From an uncultured Alphaproteobacteria bacterium (GTDB lineage Bacteria; Pseudomonadota; Alphaproteobacteria; Rhizobiales; Xanthobacteraceae), in assembly GCA_963721025.1 (NCBI GenBank), contig CAVRHN010000014.1, positions 87,835-151,834 on the forward strand: a DNA stretch of 64,000 nt. Reading direction: 5' to 3'. This document shows, in pieces, positions 51,726 to 59,348 of this stretch (position 1 is the stretch's first letter; each line of letters begins with the position of its first letter). A program made the translations under genes and the position numbers. The notes under the pieces were generated by a model. The model saw only the letters and a program-made list of their open reading frames with translations. It was not told the DNA's origin and did no database searches.

Positions 51726-52661
51726 TCAGTCAGGCTTTTCGTCGGCATCGCTGATTGGCGGAATTTTGCTCATGATATATTTTGCTGCCGATTCTATCTC
51801 GGGGAACAACGTACTCGCGTTGATGTTGATACTGTCTAGCTCGTCCAGAAGCTTATTCTTTGCCGAGGCCGCGACCTTTGTTCGGACGATCTCAATTTCG
51901 AACCCGTTCGAGTCTTCAAGCGACGTCCGCAATCCGAAGATCAAAAATGCTCCCTGTTGGGCGAGAATGCGTCGATTAGTTTGCTTTGGCCGCACAGCGT
52001 GCACACTTTTCAAGTCTGATAGCTCGATCTTCGGGAGAAAGTAAGGTTTTTCAGCCTTTATAAAATGTAGAAGCCGTGTTCCGACCTCACTGTTGTTGAG
52101 AGCCGCCGAGTTCGCGAATCCTCGGATTTCGTCTCTTTCGCCACCTGTCAAATTCGACAAATTGGCAACGCAACTCACAGTATCGCTATCGAAATACCTA
52201 ATTCTTGATTTGCGCAGCTTGAATCTTATTAGTTCCCCATCTTTTTCCTCATCCTTCAAACAAGCAAAATAAAGGCCTACGAGTGGATTATAGGTTAGGT
52301 CAAGCAACCGTGTGGGTAGGCCATAGTGCTGCATTCTGACAAGCTGCTCGAACGACGTTTTGTCCTCCCGGAACTCATTAGGTTGAATTGCGATCAACTC
52401 GCGCAGAATGTTTCTTTCCAAGCGACGATATTCCTTCTTACGGAAGATTGAAGGCATCAAAGTGTGGGATCTATCGGGATGTCCGCGATATAGGTTGACA
52501 TGCCGACCGCCCGGCTGCGACTTGCCGAGCAAATCGAAGAGGTCGCTTAAACTCCGAATACCGGCACCAGCTTTCTTAATCGTAACGGGCACAGCTGCGT
52601 TCCTTATTATCGTTCGATCGGCAATGCCTAAACTAAGTCCGCATGGGGCGGCGACATACAA
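51726..52661 (-). CDS. FRG-domain protein
   Basis: Motifs LYRGHPDRSHTLMPSIFR, QHYGLPTRLLDLTYNPLVGLYFA and NRRILAQQGAFLIFG match the FRG (PF08867-type) pattern from memory. Three 60-nt lines in the gene hand-count to 37-47% G+C. The first codon at 52661 is TTG; a GTG at 52592 with an AAGGA RBS is the alternative start. Confidence 0.78.
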   Translation of the reverse strand: MYVAAPCGLSLGIADRTIIRNAAVPVTIKKAGAGIRSLSDLFDLLGKSQPGGRHVNLYRGHPDRSHTLMPSIFRKKEYRRLERNILRELIAIQPNEFREDKTSFEQLVRMQHYGLPTRLLDLTYNPLVGLYFACLKDEEKDGELIRFKLRKSRIRYFDSDTVSCVANLSNLTGGERDEIRGFANSAALNNSEVGTRLLHFIKAEKPYFLPKIELSDLKSVHAVRPKQTNRRILAQQGAFLIFGLRTSLEDSNGFEIEIVRTKVAASAKNKLLDELDSININASTLFPEIESAAKYIMSKIPPISDADEKPD

Positions 52662-52779
52662 AATTCCGTTCGGAAGAATATCCCCTCAACATCGCTCCGG
52701 TTATCCCAGGCTGCGCTTGCAACTCTTCAAACGATGTGAGTGCGAATTAGCATACACCAATCGCGGATCACAGTTGGCA

Positions 52780-53793
52780 TCAGCGGAATTGACTGAATGT
52801 TTTTAGCAATTTCATGGTGGAGTCATACTCAAGCTTGTCGCCCTCGAAGTCACATCGGTACAACCCCTGCAGGTTCGACGGCAGCGTTACACCGCGCTCT
52901 ACCAACAAGATGACCTTCTTGCCATATAAGGCCATGGCCGCTCCGATCTCGATGAGCACATTGTCATTCAGCTTGGTTAGCTCATTGCCATCCTTATCGA
53001 GATATTTTCCTTCAGCGCCCACATGGATCACGCCCGCGCTACAAGAACGCATGTCCTCGAACACCTTCTCTGGCACCGGAATGGCCGTTGCTTCGCGCTC
53101 AACAGAAACGACTGGGTCAAAACTGCCGAATGTCAACAACTCTTTGATTTGGGCGACGATGGCCTTCTGCTTTCCATGGGAAATGAAGACGCGATTGGCC
53201 TTCGCAGCCAGCGCCACCATAGCCTGAGGAGTTATCGCTGAGGGTGCGGGCGCTGGCTTCGCTACTTCGTCCGCGCCACCGGCCTCTGCCGCATCGAGCG
53301 TACCTTGTTCTGGAAATTCCGGGGTTGCCACCGGCGCAGGAACTCCAGGGGAGTCTAAGTTTATGAACGGACCTGTAGGCGTCTCGCGAATAATACCAGC
53401 ATAGCGCCCGTTCTCCTTGATGATCTCGAGCGCGCCGTCTACGCGATCTGCGGGCAAACTCATAGCTTTAAGAACATTTCCTGCAATTAGGTCGTTGGGA
53501 AGTTTGGCCCGCCGATATTTTTCAAAGAAGTCATGCAGAAGCCTCGGTTTCAATATTGCTTCGCGTCGCGCCACGAGGTCTTCCCCCTCCGCTTCCGGCG
53601 CCACCAACTTTCGGCCGAGCGGAGTAAGCGTCATCCTATTAGCATTCCACCCTCCGTCGATAAGGCCGTAGGCTATAGCTGCGCCGGTTAAGGCCTGCCA
53701 TCCGCTGCTCGTAGGACTAATACCGAGCGCGAGAGCTACATCAGGTGGAGACCCGCCATCGCCTGCGAAATTGTCGACTATGGCAGAGTGGCC
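52780..53793 (-). pseudogene. 3' portion (about 336 codons) of an IS-interrupted gene: putative winged-helix-like region + Pro/Ala linker + TIR-like (Cap12/PycTIR, PF10137-type) C-domain
   Basis: The C-terminal ~130 aa (RVFISHGKQ...VIHVGAEG...DNVLIEIGAAMALYGKKVILLVERGVTLPSNLQGLY) fit the predicted nucleotide-binding TIR-like domain pattern. The track ORF 52780..53814 takes its first 7 codons, including a GTG start, from the IS terminal repeat. Confidence 0.7.
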
Positions 53794-53818
53794 TGCACCC
53801 GGTTCGGTTGACACCCGC

Positions 53819-54685
53819 CTAAGCTAAACCCGACTGCATCTCGAACTCCATGGGGCTTCTGTAGCCGATTGTCGAGTGCCGGCGTTTAGCATTGTAGAAG
53901 CACTCGATGTAATCGAACACGTCAGCCTTGGCTTCATCACGCGTCCGATAGGTCTTGCGTGCCGTACGCTCGGTCTTCAGCGACGAGAAGAAGCTCTCCA
54001 TTGCCGCGTTGTCCCAGACATTGCCCGAGCGGCTCATCGAGCAGACGATGCCATGATCGGCCATCAGCTTCTGGAACTGCTCGCTGGTGTATTGGCTGCC
54101 GCGATCGGAGTGATGCAGCAGCGCATCGGGCTTGCCCCGGCGCCAGATCGCCATCACCAGGGCGTCGGTGACGAGCTGTGCCGTCATCTGTGCGCTCATC
54201 GACCAGCCGACCACGCGGCGTGAGAACAGATCGATGACGACCGCCACATAGAGCCAACCTTCCGCGGTCCACACATAGGTGAAGTCAGCGATCCATTTGC
54301 GGTTGGCAGCAGCTGCCGCGAAGCTGCGGTCGAGTACGTTGGGAGCGACGGCGGCGACCTGCCGCTCACCCAGATCGGGCGGCAGCCGACGCCGTCGCGG
54401 ACGGGCTTTGAGAGCCTGTAAGCGCATCAATCGCTCGATCCGATGCAGACCACACGAGAAGCCTTCCGCCAGCAGGTCGTGCCACACCCGCCTGGCGCCA
54501 TAGGTTCGATCGCTGGCAAGGAAGCTTGTCCGGACCTTGGCGCCCAGCTCTTCATCGCTACGGCTGCGCCGACTGCGCGGTCGTGTCAGCCAGGCATAGA
54601 ACCCACCCCGCGAGACACCGAGCGCCCCGCACAACCAATCCGCCGGCCAGATCCCCCGGTGCTTCGCAATGAAACCGAACTTCAC
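53819..54685 (-). CDS. IS3-family transposase OrfB (DDE integrase core), normally made as an OrfAB frameshift fusion
   Basis: rve-type core (WIADFTYVW..., HSDRGSQYTS, N-terminal HTH_21-like region). Reading frame is -1 relative to orfA. Confidence 0.9.
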   Translation of the reverse strand: MKFGFIAKHRGIWPADWLCGALGVSRGGFYAWLTRPRSRRSRSDEELGAKVRTSFLASDRTYGARRVWHDLLAEGFSCGLHRIERLMRLQALKARPRRRRLPPDLGERQVAAVAPNVLDRSFAAAAANRKWIADFTYVWTAEGWLYVAVVIDLFSRRVVGWSMSAQMTAQLVTDALVMAIWRRGKPDALLHHSDRGSQYTSEQFQKLMADHGIVCSMSRSGNVWDNAAMESFFSSLKTERTARKTYRTRDEAKADVFDYIECFYNAKRRHSTIGYRSPMEFEMQSGLA

Positions 54686-54972
54686 GTCGATTCCTTCGCG
54701 AAGTAGGCCGCGGCTTTTTTTAGGATGTCGCGTTCGGCCTTCAGCTTGATCACCTCGCGCGTGAGCCGCGCGATCTCCAGCTGCTCGGGCTTCATCTGAC
54801 CCTGGCCGGGGAAGGCATGCTGCGGATCGTCCGCAAATGCCTTCACCCAGTTGCGCAGCTGCGTCGGATGCACCTTCAGGTCTTCGGATGCCTGCGCATA
54901 CGACACCCCGCGATCCCTGATCAGCCGCACCGCCTCAAGCTTGAACTCCCGCGTAAACCTTCGTCTCTCCAT
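54682..54972 (-). CDS. IS3-family transposase OrfA (HTH)
   Basis: RRFTREFKLEAVRLI...LRNWVK...leucine-zipper-like...ILKKAAAYFAKE is typical of IS3-family OrfA. Confidence 0.9.
   Translation of the reverse strand: MERRRFTREFKLEAVRLIRDRGVSYAQASEDLKVHPTQLRNWVKAFADDPQHAFPGQGQMKPEQLEIARLTREVIKLKAERDILKKAAAYFAKEST
54715..54721 (-). promoter_or_regulatory. Programmed -1 ribosomal frameshift site (A AAA AAA)
   Basis: Run of 7 A on the coding strand within ...ATC CTA AAA AAA GCC..., near the end of orfA. A -1 slip reads into the orfB frame (KKSRGLLREGIDVKFGF...). Confidence 0.75.
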
Positions 54973-55028
54973 GACTTACCTCCGGTTCCATAAAAACACC
55001 TAACTCGGTGTCTTCGGAACCAGGTGCA

Positions 55029-55161
55029 GGCCAGAGGCGATTTTTTGCGCCTGCTGAAGTGAGGTGAGAGGGAAGTCAGATTGCTTATAGTAGGTTCGCT
55101 TGCCAGAGCTAGATTTCTTGCTGGCCTTATCTTTGAAAGCTCCCCGGGGTTTCTTCGCCAT
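55029..55161 (-). pseudogene. 5' portion (44 codons) of the IS-interrupted TIR-like gene
   Basis: ATG at 55161 with upstream AAGAGGA. Encodes MAKKPRGAFKDKASKKSSSGKRTYYKQSDFPLTSLQQAQKIASG, then runs into the IS. It is in frame with 52780..53793 once the IS plus one GGCC copy (1,239 nt = 3 x 413) is removed. Confidence 0.72.
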
Positions 55162-55182
55162 CCTTCCATCCTCTTTAGATGC

Positions 55183-55211
55183 AGAATATGAGCAACAGTT
55201 GGATCGGTCAA
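55183..55211 (-). promoter_or_regulatory. Sigma70-like promoter for the interrupted gene (-35 TTGACC, 17-nt spacer, -10 TATTCT)
   Basis: On the minus strand: TTGACC (55211..55206), N17, TATTCT (55188..55183). Lies about 20 nt upstream of the RBS and ATG at 55161. Confidence 0.4.
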
Positions 55212-55285
55212 CGACTGGTTGTATGCGCGATCGGAGCCTGCTTATGAAGGCCATGGAGGTGAACGATTTCGCTTCGTTGCGCAGT

Positions 55286-55321
55286 CTGGATTGCTTCGTC
55301 GCTGCGCTCCTCGCAATGACG
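55286..55321. repeat. REP element CTGGATTGCTTCGTCGCTGCGCTCCTCGCAATGACG
   Basis: Short element of the ...CCTCGCAATGAC class. The reverse complement of its end recurs at 49366. Sits between the island and the mfd stop. Confidence 0.7.
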
Positions 55322-55325
55322 AGAG

Positions 55326-58300
55326 CTACGCCGCCCTGGCCGCCTTCTCCGCGATCCCCGCCAGCGTGCGTAAAATGCCGGCGGCGCCTTTGAGGCGGGC
55401 GGAAGGCGTCTCCCATTCGTCGAAGAACACGACTTTCATGTCGGGGCGGACGCGGGCGCCCTCGGGGTGCTTGCCGATATAGGCGATGAGGCCTTCCGGG
55501 TTGGCGAAGATGTTGTCGCGGAAGGAGAGCACCGCGCCCTTCGGCCCGACCTCGATCCGCTCGACATTGGCGCGGCGGCACAACGATTTGATGGAAACCA
55601 CCTGCAGCAGATACTCGACCTCCTGCGGCAGCGGGCCGAAGCGGTCGACCAGCTCGGCGGCAAAGGCCTCGATGTCGCGCTCGTCCTCGATTTCCGCAAG
55701 CCGCCGGTAGAGCGCGAGCCGCACCGGCAGGTCGGCGACGTATTCCTCCGGGATCAGCACCGGCGTGCCGATGGTGATTTGCGGCGACCATTTGTCGGCG
55801 ACCGGGCCGCTGATGCCGGCTTTGAGACTCAAAACCGCCTCTTCCAGCATCTGCTGGTAAAGCTCGTAGCCGACTTCCTTGATGTGGCCGGACTGCTCCT
55901 CGCCGAGCAAATTGCCGGCGCCGCGGATGTCGAGATCGTGCGAGGCGAGCTGGAAGCCGGCGCCGAGCGTGTCGAGCGATTGCAGCACCTTGAGGCGTCG
56001 CTCCGCCTGCGGCGTGATCCGTCTATTGGCCGGCAGCGTCAAGAGCGCATAGGCGCGGAGCTTGGCGCGGCCGACGCGGCCGCGCAGCTGATAGATCTGC
56101 GAAAGCCCGAACATGTCGGCGTGATGCACGATCAGCGTGTTGGCGGTCGGGATGTCGAGGCCGGATTCGACGATCGAGGTCGAAAGCAGCACGTTGAATT
56201 TGCCGTCATAAAACGCCGCCATCACGTCCTCGAGCACGGTCGACGGCATCTGCCCGTGGGCGACGGCGACCTTCACCTCGGGCACGTTCTTGTCAAGGAA
56301 CGCCTTGGTCTCGGCCAGATCTTCGATGCGCGGACAGACATAGAAGGATTGGCCGCCGCGATAGCGCTCGCGTAACAGCGCCTCGCGCACCACGATCGGA
56401 TCGAACGGCGCGACGAAGGTGCGCACCGCCAGCCGATCGACCGGCGGCGTGGCGATGATCGACATTTCGCGCACGCCGGACAGCGCCAATTGCAGCGTGC
56501 GCGGGATCGGCGTCGCCGTCAGCGTCAAGACGTGCACCTCGGCGCGCAGCTGTTTCAGCTTCTCCTTGTGGCCGACGCCGAAATGCTGCTCCTCGTCGAC
56601 GACGATGAGGCCGAGGTCCTTGAACTTGATGGTCTTGCCGAGGAGCGCGTGGGTGCCGATGACGATATCGATTTGGCCGTCGGCGAGGCCCTTTTTCACC
56701 CGGGCGAGCTCGGCTGCGGAGACCAGACGGGATGCCTGCGCGATATTGACCGGATAGCCGCGCAGCCGGTCGGAAAAAGTCTTGAAGTGCTGGCGCGCCA
56801 GCAGCGTCGTCGGCACCACAACCGCGACCTGCTTGCCGTTCATCGCGGCGATGAAGGCGGCGCGCAGCGCCACTTCGGTCTTGCCGAAACCGACGTCGCC
56901 GCAAATGAGCCGGTCCATCGGCTTGCCGGAAGCGAGATCGGCGAGCACGGCGGCGATGGTGGCCTGCTGGTCATCGGTCTCCTCATAGGGAAAGCCGGCG
57001 CAGAACTCGTCGTAGAGGCCAGAGTCGACGGCGAGCCGCGGCGCCTCGCGCAATTGCCGCTCGGCGGCGATCTTGATCAGCTCGCCCGCCATCTCGCGGA
57101 TGCGGTTCTTCATCCGCGCCTTGCGCGACTGCCAGGCCGTCGAGCCGAGCCGGTCGAGCTCGACACCGGCTTCCTCGGAGCCGTAGCGCGAGAGAAGCTC
57201 GATGTTCTCGACCGGCAGGAACAGCTTGTCGCCGCCGGCGTAATGGATTTCCAGACAGTCGTGCGGCGCGCCGGCGGCCTCGATGGCGCGCAAGCCGACG
57301 AAGCGGCCGATACCGTGATCGACGTGGACGACGACATCGCCGGCGGACAGGCTCGTCACCTCGGCGATGAAGTTCTCCGCCCGCTTCGATTGCCGGCGCG
57401 GGCGAACGAGCCGCTCGCCCAAAATGTCTTCTTCGGTGATCAGCGTGACATCGGCGGTCGCGAAACCGGCGTCGAGGCCGACCACCGCGAGCGCGGTCTC
57501 GGCGCGCGAGAGCGCCAGCGCCTGCGGCCATGACGCGACCGGGGTAAGATTGAACAAGCCATGCTCGGCGAGGACGTGCGCCATCCTTTCGCGCGAGCCT
57601 TCGCTCCACAGCGCGATGACGACGCGCTTGCCGGCTGCTTGCAGCGTTTCGACGTGCTCCCTCACCGCCTCGAAGACGTTGCTGCCGGGCTCGCTTCTTT
57701 CGGCGGCGAAGTTGTGGCCGGCGCGGGCGCCGATCTCGATCGCATCTGCATTGCCCTCCGGCGCAGCGAACGGCGACAGCCGCGCCAGCGCGGATTTTTC
57801 CAAGCACTCACGCCATTCCGCTTCGGGCAGATAGAGTCGGTCGGGCGGCAGCGGCTTATAGGGCGCGCCACTTCCCCCTTGGCCCGCTTGATCGAGCGCG
57901 TCCTTGCGCGCCTGATAATAATCGGCGATCTGCGCCAGCCGCTCATGGGCCGCTTCTTCCGCTAGCGGCTCGATCGCGATCGGAGTCGCCTCGATATAAT
58001 CAAACAGCGTGTCGAGCTGCGGGTGAAACAGCGGCAGCCAATGCTCGACGCCGGCGGTGCGGCGGCCGTCGCTCACCGCCTCATAGAGCATGTCGTCGGG
58101 GCCAGCGGCGCCGAACGCCGCGACGTAGCCGGTGCGAAACAGCCGGATCGTTTCCGGCGTGAGCTGAAACTCCGCCATGGGAACGAGTTCGAGCGTGCGC
58201 AGCTCGTCGGTGGTGCGCTGGGTTTCGGGATCGAAGCGGCGGATCGATTCCAGCGTGTCGCCGAAAAAATCGAGCCGCACCGGCGCGTCCATGCCGGGCG

Positions 58301-58865
58301 CGAACAGATCGACGATGCCGCCGCGCACCGCGTAGTCGCCCGGCTCGCGCACGGTGGCGGCGCGGGTAAATCCGTTGAGTTCGAGCCATTGCGTCACGCG
58401 CGCCATCGGCAGCAGGGTGCCGGCGGCGGCCGACAGCGATTGCTTGGCGACGATCTCGCGCGGCACCACGCGCTGCAGCACGGCATTGACCGTCGTCAGC
58501 ACGACGGCCGGGCGTTCGCGGTCCTTGGCGCGGGCGAGCCGCGCCAGCGCCGCCATACGCTGCGCCGCGACGTCCGCATGCGGCGAAACCCGGTCGTAGG
58601 GCAAACAGTCCCAGGCCGGGAATTCGATCGTCTCGATGTCCGGCGCGAAAAAACCGAGAGAGCGCGCGAGCATCGCCATGCGCGCGCCGTCGCGGCAAAT
58701 CACGGCGAGGCTGATCGGCGGCGCGGCGGCGCCGGCCGCGCCCGCCGCAATCGTGCGCGCCAGATCGGCGAGCACCAGCCCTTCGGCGCCATCGGCGATG
58801 CCGGCGAGAAGAAACGGCCGGCCGGGATGCAGACGCCGCGCCGGCGATCGTTGCGGCGCCCTCAC
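55326..58865 (-). CDS. mfd: Transcription-repair coupling factor
   Basis: CarD-like domain and SF2 helicase motifs (GDVGFGKTEVALRAAF, DEEQHFG, TATPIPRTL). GTG at 58865 overlaps the sdhE stop (GTGA), giving 1,179 aa. The 1,288-aa track ORF is over-extended across sdhE. Confidence 0.93.
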   Translation of the reverse strand: MRAPQRSPARRLHPGRPFLLAGIADGAEGLVLADLARTIAAGAAGAAAPPISLAVICRDGARMAMLARSLGFFAPDIETIEFPAWDCLPYDRVSPHADVAAQRMAALARLARAKDRERPAVVLTTVNAVLQRVVPREIVAKQSLSAAAGTLLPMARVTQWLELNGFTRAATVREPGDYAVRGGIVDLFAPGMDAPVRLDFFGDTLESIRRFDPETQRTTDELRTLELVPMAEFQLTPETIRLFRTGYVAAFGAAGPDDMLYEAVSDGRRTAGVEHWLPLFHPQLDTLFDYIEATPIAIEPLAEEAAHERLAQIADYYQARKDALDQAGQGGSGAPYKPLPPDRLYLPEAEWRECLEKSALARLSPFAAPEGNADAIEIGARAGHNFAAERSEPGSNVFEAVREHVETLQAAGKRVVIALWSEGSRERMAHVLAEHGLFNLTPVASWPQALALSRAETALAVVGLDAGFATADVTLITEEDILGERLVRPRRQSKRAENFIAEVTSLSAGDVVVHVDHGIGRFVGLRAIEAAGAPHDCLEIHYAGGDKLFLPVENIELLSRYGSEEAGVELDRLGSTAWQSRKARMKNRIREMAGELIKIAAERQLREAPRLAVDSGLYDEFCAGFPYEETDDQQATIAAVLADLASGKPMDRLICGDVGFGKTEVALRAAFIAAMNGKQVAVVVPTTLLARQHFKTFSDRLRGYPVNIAQASRLVSAAELARVKKGLADGQIDIVIGTHALLGKTIKFKDLGLIVVDEEQHFGVGHKEKLKQLRAEVHVLTLTATPIPRTLQLALSGVREMSIIATPPVDRLAVRTFVAPFDPIVVREALLRERYRGGQSFYVCPRIEDLAETKAFLDKNVPEVKVAVAHGQMPSTVLEDVMAAFYDGKFNVLLSTSIVESGLDIPTANTLIVHHADMFGLSQIYQLRGRVGRAKLRAYALLTLPANRRITPQAERRLKVLQSLDTLGAGFQLASHDLDIRGAGNLLGEEQSGHIKEVGYELYQQMLEEAVLSLKAGISGPVADKWSPQITIGTPVLIPEEYVADLPVRLALYRRLAEIEDERDIEAFAAELVDRFGPLPQEVEYLLQVVSIKSLCRRANVERIEVGPKGAVLSFRDNIFANPEGLIAYIGKHPEGARVRPDMKVVFFDEWETPSARLKGAAGILRTLAGIAEKAARAA

Positions 58866-59164
58866 CGGCCCTCCTCGGCGCGCATTTCGCCGGTACGCCG
58901 GTGGAACGCCTTGAGCTTCGCCAGCACGGCGGTGTCGTAATCCGCCGGGATGGTCTCGGCGCCAACCACCCAGGCGTAGAGCGCCGCATTGGGCGCTTCG
59001 ATCAGGTGCTCGAAATCGTCGAGCCCGGTATCGTCGAGCGTCTCGATATGGGCGTCGGCGAAGCGGCCGATAATCAGATCCATCTCGCGCACACCGCGCC
59101 GCCAGGCCCGGAACAAAAGCTTGCGCCGCCGCACGTCCAGTCCGTCGCTCGATCGCTCGGTCAT
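58862..59164 (-). CDS. sdhE: FAD assembly factor SdhE (DUF339)
   Basis: RRRKLLFRAWRRGVREMDLIIGRF...LDDFEHLIEAPN is typical of the SdhE/SDHAF2 family. 100 aa. Confidence 0.85.
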   Translation of the reverse strand: MTERSSDGLDVRRRKLLFRAWRRGVREMDLIIGRFADAHIETLDDTGLDDFEHLIEAPNAALYAWVVGAETIPADYDTAVLAKLKAFHRRTGEMRAEEGR

Positions 59165-59186
59165 GGCTTCGCCCCGTTTTACGATG

Positions 59187-59260
59187 GCGCATGATCCTTT
59201 CGCAAAACCGGTAGCCACCCTCAGATCAAGTCCAAGGGCAAGCTTTTCGGGATCATGCGC
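59187..59260. repeat. Palindromic element GCGCATGATC...GATCATGCGC (copy 3, enlarged centre)
   Basis: Same arms as copy 1 but about 25 nt longer between the arms. Lies in the divergent sdhE/recG intergenic region. Confidence 0.8.
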
Positions 59261-59348
59261 GCCCAACGCCAAAAGCCCGGACGCGGCCGGGCAAGGGCGT
59301 ATATAGAGGGCGAGGCAAACGATGTCAGCAGGTGGCGCAGGGATTTAG

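Larger units (their letters stand above)
53794..55028 (-). mobile_element. IS3-family insertion sequence (1,235 bp)
   Basis: Ends are TG...CA. Imperfect terminal inverted repeats (TGCACCCGGTTCGGTTGACACC vs TGCACCTGGTTCCGAAGACACC; 21 of the first 30 nt match by my alignment). Flanked by GGCC at 53790..53793 and 55029..55032. Carries orfA/orfB with an A7 slippery run. Confidence 0.88.

Noticed and set aside
55162-55791. Upstream ~210 codons of the 263-aa track ORF 55000..55791
   Set aside because: That part overlaps the 3' end of mfd in another frame and is Arg/Pro/Gly-rich. Only the last 44 codons before the IS (from ATG 55161, with an RBS) are accepted, as the 5' fragment of the interrupted gene.
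58866-59192. 109-codon N-terminal extension of mfd in the track ORF
   Set aside because: It overlaps the well-supported sdhE gene in another frame and is Arg-rich. The GTG at 58865 (GTGA overlap with the sdhE stop) gives a normal-length Mfd.
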